The notes: a model not told the origin generated them from the letters alone. 45,889 bases of DNA from a bacterium (GCA_021791545.1 JAJYWL010000011.1:1-45889); one strand, 5' to 3'. Positions 28,767 to 36,544 are shown, counted from the first letter of the stretch. Translations and numbers: made by a program.

Positions 28767-29453
28767 ATGAACTTTTTGATAATATTTTTAATTTTATGTT
28801 TTATACTTTTTCTATTTGTTCTTTACTCATTGTCAAAAGATGATTTTGTAATTTTGAGGAAAGATATATCAATGGAAACCATTTTTAATACTGCCTTTAT
28901 GGTTTCCTTAATCGCCCTTTTGATGGGAAGAATATTCTTTATATCATTGCACCCAAGACCTGTATTTTTTTCAGTACTGGGTTTTTTGCTTTTCCCATAT
29001 TTCCCAGGACTTTCATTAATCGGAGGAGTTTTGGGAGGAGTTTTCTTTCTCTTTCTGTACGCTACTTATAAGAAGCTTCCTCTTGGAAAGTTTTTTGATC
29101 TTTTTTCATTGAGTTTTCTTTTTGCTCTTCCATTCGGTTCTTTCTTTGTACTTCTTCTAATTCAGAATAGCCTAAAGTTATACGTTGCAATAGAAATGAT
29201 ACTTTTCCTTGTAGTGCTTCTTGTTTTTGTAAAATTGATTCTTCCTCTAAGCAATAGGGGAACCATAAGAGATGGATCTTTGGGTCTATCTTTTATTTCA
29301 GTTTTTTCATTGATCTCTATTTTCGGCTTACTTATAAAAACAGGAAGGTTCATATATTTTGATCCTGAAATAGCAATACTTCTTATTGTTTTTGCATCCT
29401 CATTCTTAGGATTGATAGTAAGAGAAATAAAGGAAAAAGATTCTTCTAAATGA
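28767..29453 (+). CDS. Lgt-like (prolipoprotein diacylglyceryl transferase-like) membrane protein, degenerate
   Basis: LLMGRIFFI, GLSLIGGVLGG and FFDLFS resemble the Lgt N-terminal half. Confidence 0.5.
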   Translation: MNFLIIFLILCFILFLFVLYSLSKDDFVILRKDISMETIFNTAFMVSLIALLMGRIFFISLHPRPVFFSVLGFLLFPYFPGLSLIGGVLGGVFFLFLYATYKKLPLGKFFDLFSLSFLFALPFGSFFVLLLIQNSLKLYVAIEMILFLVVLLVFVKLILPLSNRGTIRDGSLGLSFISVFSLISIFGLLIKTGRFIYFDPEIAILLIVFASSFLGLIVREIKEKDSSK

Positions 29454-30160
29454 AAGACAAGATTGGGATAATTTTTGAAGACAAAGATATACTGGTTTTG
29501 GATAAGCCTGCCGGAATAACCGTCAATAAATCGGATACTACCAAAGACGAATATACTCTTCAGGATTTTGTTGAAGAAAAATTTAATAAGGACGGAATTA
29601 AACTAAACACCGAAAATATAGATTTCAACCAAAGAGCGGGAATTGTCCATAGAATTGATAAGGAAACTTCAGGGATACTTATTGTTGCAAAAAATGTTGA
29701 ATCTTTTGAAAATTTACAGGCACAGTTTAAAGAAAGAAAAGTAAAGAAAACATATATAGCTCTTGCTCATGGATTGGTTGCTCCCGACGACGGAGAGATA
29801 AGAGTACCTGTCGGAAGACTTCCTTGGAATAGAAAAAGATTTGGTGTTTTGGCGGGAGGAAAAGACGCGATAACAAAGTACAGGGTAATTGAGAAAAAGA
29901 AAGGATTTACTCTTTTGGAGTTAAGTCCGGAGACCGGAAGGACACACCAGATAAGAGTTCATCTTAAATATATTAATCATCCGATTTTTGCAGATTATCT
30001 TTATGCTGGGAGAAAAACATCAAGGGATGATAGAAAAGTCCTGGAAAGGGTTTTTCTGCACGCACATAAAATATCTTTCTATCATCCCAAGACAAATGAA
30101 CTTATTTCTCTCGAGAGCCCCTTACCTTTGGAGTTAACAAATGTTTTAAACTCGATTTGA
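29450..30160 (+). CDS. RluA/RluD family pseudouridine synthase
   Basis: DKPAG, VHRIDKETSG, TGRTHQIRVH, FLHA. Confidence 0.95.
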   Translation: MKDKIGIIFEDKDILVLDKPAGITVNKSDTTKDEYTLQDFVEEKFNKDGIKLNTENIDFNQRAGIVHRIDKETSGILIVAKNVESFENLQAQFKERKVKKTYIALAHGLVAPDDGEIRVPVGRLPWNRKRFGVLAGGKDAITKYRVIEKKKGFTLLELSPETGRTHQIRVHLKYINHPIFADYLYAGRKTSRDDRKVLERVFLHAHKISFYHPKTNELISLESPLPLELTNVLNSI

Positions 30161-30210
30161 GTTGAACTTTAGGGTTAGTAAAGCTAAAATATAAACAGGA
30201 GGTGATTCTT

Positions 30211-30348
30211 ATGGGAAGTTTTGGAGGCTTCTATAAAGGAGAAAAGAAAAAACAAAAAAAAGACAAACAAGGTAAAGGTGCCATTAAGGATGTCTACACA
30301 GTTCAAATGCCTGAACTCGTAAAAAAGAAAAAAGACAGCTGGAGTTAG
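30211..30348 (+). CDS. Unannotated 45-aa lysine-rich microprotein (MGSFGGFYKGEKKKQKKDKQGKGAIKDVYTVQMPELVKKKKDSWS)
   Basis: AGGAGGTGA 5 nt upstream of ATG 30211; TAG ends 4 nt before the next ATG. Confidence 0.75.
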   Translation: MGSFGGFYKGEKKKQKKDKQGKGAIKDVYTVQMPELVKKKKDSWS

Positions 30349-30352
30349 TCTT

Positions 30353-31126
30353 ATGAAGTCAAAAGATAAAAGTAAAAATATCAATTTAGTCTTTTTATTT
30401 TTTGGCGTAGTTTTTCTGATTATCCTTTCTTCATTCATCTATAAACTTTTTTTAGTAGTAAAAAACAGTAAGTTTGACGGAAGCAATAATTACGTGCTTG
30501 CTTACATGAAAAGCAATGAATCGGATATTGTTTCTTTTTCTCCAAGTGCAAATTCTATTTCTATACTTAAAATAAAGGGCAATTTTAAAGGGAAAATAGT
30601 TTCTCTTGTTAAGGTCCCGGTTGACGGATATGTATATGGAGAGAAAAATCTTGAAAAACAAAATGTTCCAGGATTTATAGATTCCGCATTTTTTATGGAC
30701 AGAAATTCTCTTAATTACGTCGATCTTTTCAGACTTTCAATTTTTGCAAGGGGAGTGCCAAAACAAAATGTAAATCGGGATCAGGTAAATTCTTCTGACT
30801 GGAATAAGATAGAAGAACTTGCTCAAAGTTTATTTTCAGACCCTAAAATAGTATCGGAGAAAGAAAGCGTTGAAATAGTGAACTCGGCCGGGGTTTATGG
30901 TTTGGGAAATTCTTTTGCCCAAATTCTAGGTAACATTGGGGGAGACGTGGTCTTGGTTTCAACGGGAAATGACAGAAATGATAGCTCGATCACATATTTC
31001 GGAGAAAAAACTTACAGTGTAAAAAGATATTCGCAAATATTAGGAGTAGAACCGGTTCAATCCAAAGATAGGGGAATATCTGATATTATAATTACTATCG
31101 GAAAGGATAAGGCTCAAAACTATTAA
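30353..31126 (+). CDS. Membrane-anchored LytR C-terminal domain protein
   Basis: N-terminal TM; VEIVNSAGVYGLG...SDIIITIGKD (LytR_C-like). Confidence 0.75.
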   Translation: MKSKDKSKNINLVFLFFGVVFLIILSSFIYKLFLVVKNSKFDGSNNYVLAYMKSNESDIVSFSPSANSISILKIKGNFKGKIVSLVKVPVDGYVYGEKNLEKQNVPGFIDSAFFMDRNSLNYVDLFRLSIFARGVPKQNVNRDQVNSSDWNKIEELAQSLFSDPKIVSEKESVEIVNSAGVYGLGNSFAQILGNIGGDVVLVSTGNDRNDSSITYFGEKTYSVKRYSQILGVEPVQSKDRGISDIIITIGKDKAQNY

Positions 31127-31127
31127 T

Positions 31128-31295
31128 ATGTTTTTATATATAGTTATTATTTTAGCGGTGATATCTGTTTTACTTTCCTTGTTTTCTTTGAGAGAGCTTA
31201 CTGAAAAACCGGGTGTTACTGAGGTCAAAAAGAGCCTAAATAAAAGTAAAATTATCTATATGGGGAAGAATCATTCTTCGTCTTCGGATTCTTGA
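31128..31295 (+). CDS. Unannotated 55-aa membrane microprotein (MFLYIVIILAVISVLLSLFSLRELTEKPGVTEVKKSLNKSKIIYMGKNHSSSSDS)
   Basis: ATG 1 nt after the LytR stop (translational coupling); N-terminal TM then a basic tail. Confidence 0.6.
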   Translation: MFLYIVIILAVISVLLSLFSLRELTEKPGVTEVKKSLNKSKIIYMGKNHSSSSDS

Positions 31296-31996
31296 TAACT
31301 TTCTTCTTCCTCTTCATCTTCTTTTTCCTCGTCTCTTTTCTTAACAGAATTTTTTATTTTGTTGTTTTTGTCAAAAGCGAATGGACCCTGAACGGTAATA
31401 AAAGAGGGCTGGTCCTTATATCTTGCGCATCTTTTTACTTCTTTAATGAATACTATTACTTTATGTGGGGTTGAAGATTTGATGTAAGCCTCATACTTAT
31501 TCCCGCTCTTCATGAATTTTATGAGTCTGTTTCCAATGTCATCGGGAAGTACTCCTACATATTGTTTTTCTCCTTCTATGACAAATACCTTAAGTCTTTT
31601 TGTTACAAGGTTAACCATTTGACCGGTCCTTAAGCCTTCCGTTACGTTTGGTTGAGCAATATTTACGAGTTCTACAACTTTTGTTTTTCCTGTCTCTTCT
31701 AAGAATTTATTGTTTATCTGTGTAATGTTTCCATTTCCGTCAAGAGAGGAGAAGTTTTTATCTTTTACTTTCTTTAAGTTTTTGATTGCTATATGGTTTA
31801 AGGGATCTATGTTCAATACCTTTTGATAGGCGCTTTTTGCTTCTTTTATGTTTCCTGTTACGGTAAAGGCAAGTGCTAGTCTATTTAATGCATCTATGTC
31901 TTGAGGATTTTCTTGTAGAAGTTCTTTGTTTAGGACAATGGCGTTTTGCCAATCTCCTGTTAATGCGGTTTGAATAGCTTGATTTTTTATTGTCAT
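31271..31996 (-). CDS. TPR protein with HIRAN-like C-terminal domain and acidic tail
   Basis: TPR DIDALNRLALA...AYQKVLNIDPLN; YVGVLPDDIGNRL...GNKYEAYI. Confidence 0.7.
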   Translation of the reverse strand: MTIKNQAIQTALTGDWQNAIVLNKELLQENPQDIDALNRLALAFTVTGNIKEAKSAYQKVLNIDPLNHIAIKNLKKVKDKNFSSLDGNGNITQINNKFLEETGKTKVVELVNIAQPNVTEGLRTGQMVNLVTKRLKVFVIEGEKQYVGVLPDDIGNRLIKFMKSGNKYEAYIKSSTPHKVIVFIKEVKRCARYKDQPSFITVQGPFAFDKNNKIKNSVKKRDEEKEDEEEEESYQESEDEE

Positions 31997-32102
31997 GCTG
32001 GGCTTTTTAACTCAACTTAATCAAAAAATTCTACTATTATTTATTGCAAAAGTCAAGGAAGAAAAGGTATAATATGGTGTCGAAAGATAGGGAAATTTAA
32101 AC

Positions 32103-32837
32103 ATGAGCGGACATTCAAAGTGGGCACAAATAAAACGCCAAAAAGGTGTAAATGATCAGAAAAGGGGAGCAACTTTTACCAAGCTTGCCAATGCAATAAT
32201 GATTGCTGTAAGGCAGGGTGGGGGAATAGGCGATCCTAATCAAAACTTCAGGCTAAGGTTGGCAATTGATGCGGCTAGATCCTCAAACATGCCCAAGGAA
32301 AACATAGAAAGAGCAATCCAAAGAGCTATGGGAAAAGAAGCGGGGGCAATGGAGGAAGTTGTCTACGAAGGATTTGCTCCGGGCGGAGTTTCTGTAATAG
32401 TAGAAGCCGCAACAGACAATTCCATGAGAACAACGGCTGAAGTAAAAAGTATATTTAATAAAGCTGGTGCAAGCTTTGGTCAACCGGGTTCTGTCTCTTA
32501 TCAATTTAAACACATGGGAAGAATAATCCTTAAGAAAAATGATAAAGATTTTGACGAGATTTTTATGGAATGCGTGGATAGTGGAGCAGAGGATGTCGAA
32601 GATGTAGGGGATGAAGTATTCGTTTATACAGATATGCCAAGCCTTATGAAAGTAAAAGACGAACTTTCGGGTAAAGGTCTTGAAGTCTTGGAAGCGGATT
32701 ACGTAAGAGAACCTTCTGTGACTATTCCGATTGGAGATAAGGGACAGGCCGAGAAGATACATAATTTCCTCGAGACTTTAGAAAATCTTGACGATGTACA
32801 GAAAGTCTACACGAACATGCTTGAAACTTATGAATAA
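32103..32837 (+). CDS. yebC: YebC/PmpR family protein
   Basis: MSGHSKWAQIKRQK, YEGFAPGG, LDDVQKVYTN. Confidence 0.96.
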   Translation: MSGHSKWAQIKRQKGVNDQKRGATFTKLANAIMIAVRQGGGIGDPNQNFRLRLAIDAARSSNMPKENIERAIQRAMGKEAGAMEEVVYEGFAPGGVSVIVEAATDNSMRTTAEVKSIFNKAGASFGQPGSVSYQFKHMGRIILKKNDKDFDEIFMECVDSGAEDVEDVGDEVFVYTDMPSLMKVKDELSGKGLEVLEADYVREPSVTIPIGDKGQAEKIHNFLETLENLDDVQKVYTNMLETYE

Positions 32838-33651
32838 CATATTTGGGAAGCGTTCCCGTTTAAGAAGTTTCCTCAGAAGACTTGCCCTAAGTAAAAGGCA
32901 AAAATTCATAATATCCGTTCTTATACTTTCTTTATTCCTTTTTATATCCGAACACTTTTTTAGCGCAATCGGATTATACTTTGTCTTTTTTCTTTCCTTA
33001 TTCACAGATTTTTTCCTTTTCCTTTCCTTGAGAAACGATCTTAAGGAAAATTTTTCATGGAAGATATTTATTCTTCCATTTTTTTATAGTCTTGCGGTGG
33101 GGATGTTCTACTTACTTGTTCCAGCAAGGTTTCTAACCAGGATAGGAATGACTTCTTTGTATGCCTTGGGACTTTATTCGCTCTTTTTAAGTGAAAATAT
33201 ATTTACCGTATCGGCAATAAGAACGATTCAGCTTCTTTCTGGAGCAAGAACAGTAGCTTTTGCCCTGACTCTTCTTTCATATTTTTTCCTTTCCAATGTT
33301 ATTTTTTCCTTCCATATAAATGTATTTATAACTCTTCTTCTTGTTTTTGGTTACACTTTACCCATGGTAACTCATTCTCTTTGGATGTATACCTTTAACA
33401 AAGATATCCTTTCGGATATATCGTGGATATTTTCCCTTACTCTTTGTCTTGTCGAAGGAGCTCTTCTCCTTTGGTTCTGGCCAAGTACTCCCACGGTAAT
33501 TGCTCTTTTTCTTTCCGGATTTTTCTACATAATCGTAGGGCTTTCCCAGGTCTGGTTTGAAAAAAGATTATTTAGGAGCGTAATCCTAGAATATGCATGG
33601 GTTGCAATAGTTGTATTTGTAGTCCTCGTATTATTTACTTCTTGGAAATGA
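32830..33651 (+). CDS. Polytopic membrane protein (DUF5656-like); start probably ATG 32830
   Basis: About 9 hydrophobic segments; ENIFTVSAIRTIQLL. Confidence 0.6.
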   Translation: MNNIFGKRSRLRSFLRRLALSKRQKFIISVLILSLFLFISEHFFSAIGLYFVFFLSLFTDFFLFLSLRNDLKENFSWKIFILPFFYSLAVGMFYLLVPARFLTRIGMTSLYALGLYSLFLSENIFTVSAIRTIQLLSGARTVAFALTLLSYFFLSNVIFSFHINVFITLLLVFGYTLPMVTHSLWMYTFNKDILSDISWIFSLTLCLVEGALLLWFWPSTPTVIALFLSGFFYIIVGLSQVWFEKRLFRSVILEYAWVAIVVFVVLVLFTSWK

Positions 33652-33706
33652 TAATAGGGAAGAGTATTGCATCAAAGAGCCTATAGTTATATAATTATTA
33701 AGTTTT

Positions 33707-34330
33707 ATGGAAAGATCAGTAGCACTTATTGAAAATGAAGCTTATCGTATTGGAGAAATGGTAGATTTCATGGAAAGCCATGTAGTTGATATAGGAGGAA
33801 TGGCACAGATAAGGGGGGAGGTTGCTTCGGGAATTAGGCTTAGAGATGCTGCAGGCCTTATGATACAGCAAACTACAGAGCTTGCTATGCAGGATGCTAT
33901 TGCTTGGAGTATTTATTATTCTTCGGCTTATTTAAAACATCCATTGCCGGATGTTGTAAATTTCCTAGAAGATAGGATTGCTAATCCAACTAAAGATAAC
34001 CCTAACTATGTACTTGCTTGTTCATATAAGACAGTAGATCAGCCTAATGGAGTTATAAGTTTTTCTAAATATAATCTTGCTAACGTTGCTGCTAATATCG
34101 AAGGAAGGGGAGTTCCGCAGCATTTACCTCTTGCTAATCTCTCCGCTCATGAAGTTTATCATTTGCTTCAGGTAGACAGGTTTCCTGCTTGCAATTTAAG
34201 ACATACAGCAAAAATTAACTTAGATAATAACGATTATTGGAATAATACTTGGTCCGAAAGAGGAGCAAATATCTTTGGGCGTTATTTTGAAGAGGCAAGA
34301 GAGATTCTTATCGGTAAAATGTCTTTATAA
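33707..34330 (+). CDS. Hypothetical protein with HExxH zincin motif
   Basis: LSAHEVYHLLQ with a downstream E in WSERGA. Confidence 0.55.
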   Translation: MERSVALIENEAYRIGEMVDFMESHVVDIGGMAQIRGEVASGIRLRDAAGLMIQQTTELAMQDAIAWSIYYSSAYLKHPLPDVVNFLEDRIANPTKDNPNYVLACSYKTVDQPNGVISFSKYNLANVAANIEGRGVPQHLPLANLSAHEVYHLLQVDRFPACNLRHTAKINLDNNDYWNNTWSERGANIFGRYFEEAREILIGKMSL

Positions 34331-34440
34331 ATGATTTCTAAATTTCAATTTTTAGCCTCAACTTAGCTTCATAATCCTTTAAAAAAAACGACATAATTCA
34401 TTGGCAGGGAAGAGGAGAGGGTCATTTTAGCTTCAAATGA

Positions 34441-34496
34441 TATAGTTTGATATATGTTATAGTTTGATATAGTTATAGGCCTATAATAATTATAGG
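34441..34496. repeat. AT-rich direct repeats and palindromes
   Basis: TATAGTTTGATATA at 34441 and 34458; TTATAGGCCTATAA 34473-34486; CCTATAATAATTATAGG 34480-34496. Confidence 0.7.
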
Positions 34497-34515
34497 ATGT
34501 TTTTCAAATTCAAAA

Positions 34516-34524
34516 TGTGGATAA
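34516..34524 (-). promoter_or_regulatory. Perfect DnaA box (TTATCCACA)
   Basis: TGTGGATAA on the plus strand; single copy in this gap. Confidence 0.4.
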
Positions 34525-34825
34525 CTTATATTAGATTTCACGGAAAATCGGTAATAGTTTTCACGGAGTAGTAGGAAGCCTCTCTAGCCTAGGTATTTGA
34601 GCATAGATTCAAGCATACGAAAAAAATACGAATGTCTCTTTCTCATGTTGCCAGGGCTCCTCCTTAGGGAAGGGCTGCAAGATTTGTTATTAATAAAAAT
34701 TTGTTGTAGACCTCTAGAAGAGGGAGTAAAATTTCTATTTATATATTTAATTGTTCTTATATTTCCTCTCTCGGTGTCTAAGATAAAAAATGACATATTT
34801 GAGCGCTGGGAAAGAGAGAGTGATT

Positions 34826-34853
34826 ATGTCGTACAATAATACTTTTACGACAC
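34826..34853. other. Candidate dif (Xer recombination) site ATGTCGTACAA-TAATAC-TTTTACGACAC
   Basis: 11-6-11 layout with arms 9/11 inverted-identical and an AA-N6-TT core; lies between converging GGGNAGGG octamers. Confidence 0.6.
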
Positions 34854-35109
34854 GACTCATGGCTAGATCCGGGGGGAAGTGGTCTTTTTTGTCCAATTCT
34901 TTATTACATATTTGTTGAATTTTTTTAATGTTTATATTTCCTCTCCTATATATTGCTCTATTTTTCTCCAGGTCCAGAATTCAAGTCCCTCCCCCACTAT
35001 AGGTTATAAATATTTTTATAATTTGAGGCTAATTGAAGCTAATTTTTGTAATTTTTTATGGCTATTGCACACTCTTAGCCTCGAGATAGTGGTATAATCT
35101 ATCTCATCT

Positions 35110-35914
35110 ATGTCTAATTCACTTCCAATAGGTATATTTGATTCAGGCATTGGAGGTCTCACGGTAACTAAGGCCATTATGGAGCTTTTGCCTTCAGAAA
35201 ATTTAATTTACTTAGGAGACACTGCGAGAGTTCCTTATGGAATAAGAGACAAAAAAAACAATTACGGAATTTGCACTGGAGATTACAAATTTTCTTTTAA
35301 AAAAGAAAGTAAAAGTTCTGGTTGTTGCATGTAATACAATTTCTGCAACATCTTTAAATGAGATTAAGAAAGTTTCTAATGTTCCGGTAATTGATGTTAT
35401 CGATCCGACAGTCTGTAAGGCTCTAGAATCGTCTAAAAATAAAAAGATCGGAGTAATTGGTACAAGAGCAACAGTAGATAGTAAGGCTTATGATTTAGAG
35501 TTTGATAAAAAAGGTGCTAAGGTTACTTTTTCAAAAGCTTGTCCATTATTTGTTCCTTTAGCAGAAGAAGGTTTTATAAAACACAAAGCTTCTGAAATTA
35601 TTGCAAAAGAATACCTTTCAATTTTTAGAAAAAAAGTAGATGTTTTAATCTTGGGATGTACCCATTATCCTGTTCTTAAAGAATTAATACAGAAATCTGT
35701 AGGATCTGATATAGCATTGATCGACTCCGCAAATCCCACCGCAGAGGCTTTAAAGAATCTTTTAGAAGAAAAAAATTTATTAAATCCTTCTAAGTTTAAA
35801 GGTAAATTAAAATTTTATGTTACAGATGCCCCAGATCGTGTATATAAAATAGCGAACATATTTTTTAATGGAAATTTCCCTGGTAATTTAGAAAGAATTG
35901 ATCTTTCTAAATAA
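35110..35914 (+). pseudogene. murI: Glutamate racemase interrupted by a +1 frameshift in an A8 run (35251-35258)
   Basis: FDSGIGG...PYG in the first frame; VACNT and LGCTHYP in the shifted frame; deleting one A restores one ORF. Confidence 0.85.
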
Positions 35915-35923
35915 TCTTCTTTT

Positions 35924-36544
35924 TTAGTTTTGTTTTCCGCTTTCATCGTGGCATTTGTAGGCTTTCTTATCACACATATTTTGACATGTAGGATCGTTTT
36001 TGAAGGTAGCCGGACATTGACTCTGGGCGGGATTAGAATAGGCTATGCATGAGCCGCTGGGTGAACAAGCATAATATTTAACGCATCCTTCATCAAGTGA
36101 TACATTTGTGCTGGAAGTCCCATAATTGAAAGCGCACTGATTGCCACAGCCAAATCTACATCCGACATCATCTATGCTTTTATCTTTAGTATTTTCCAGA
36201 TTAGCCAGTAGTTTAAACCAGGTATGGCAGGAGTTATTATCTGTTTCGTATTCATAATCTTTTCCGCTGGGATTACAAGGAATTTTAGAAAAATAAGTGA
36301 CATTATTCTTTTCAAAAGCTTGACCACAAGCCGGTAAAGAATCAGGATAACATCCTTTGTTATCATCATTGTAAGCTGTAAGAGCATTCCTAATCTGTAT
36401 AAGATCTTCCTTTACTTTCGCATCTCTGGCTTTAGATATTTGAGGACCTATCGTTATAAAGGTAACAAAAGCAAGTATGGACATTATTCCGAGGGCTATG
36501 AGGAGTTCTATTAAAAGAAAGCCTTTTAAATTTCGCTTCTTCAT
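35924..36544 (-). CDS. Type IV pilin / pseudopilin (GspG-like) with Cys-rich C-terminus
   Basis: Class III signal KG|FLLIELLIALGI; KARDAKVKEDL; 14 Cys. Confidence 0.85.
   Translation of the reverse strand: MKKRNLKGFLLIELLIALGIMSILAFVTFITIGPQISKARDAKVKEDLIQIRNALTAYNDDNKGCYPDSLPACGQAFEKNNVTYFSKIPCNPSGKDYEYETDNNSCHTWFKLLANLENTKDKSIDDVGCRFGCGNQCAFNYGTSSTNVSLDEGCVKYYACSPSGSCIAYSNPAQSQCPATFKNDPTCQNMCDKKAYKCHDESGKQN

Larger units (their letters stand above)
34352..35084. repeat. Six copies of a TTAGCYTCAA-like 10-mer
   Basis: Plus: 34352, 34363 (TTAGCTTCAT), 34427, 35075 (TTAGCCTCGA); minus: 35023 and 35033. Confidence 0.7.
34331..35109. other. Long repeat-rich non-coding region; candidate replication terminus region
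   Basis: By far the longest intergenic gap; convergent gene orientation; dif-like palindrome, KOPS-like octamers and several repeat classes. Confidence 0.6.

Noticed and set aside
30184-30438. Minus-strand 84-aa ORF in the track
   Set aside because: Antisense to the SD-led Lys-rich microprotein and the LytR_C gene start, which fit the operon better
34871-34998. GGGGGGA ... TTCAAGTCCCTCCCCCA resembling tRNA or tmRNA ends
   Set aside because: No proper T-stem, D-arm or anticodon arm; too short for tmRNA; better explained by G-rich KOPS-like motifs
34999-35026. Second dif-like ATAA-N6-TTAT pattern
   Set aside because: Almost pure AT, outer arm positions do not match, and it lies outside the converging KOPS pair
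34584-35097. ORFs 34584-34796(-), 34597-34839(+) and 34879-35097(+)
   Set aside because: Mutually overlapping, no protein-like features, and they cross the repeat and dif elements; region treated as non-coding
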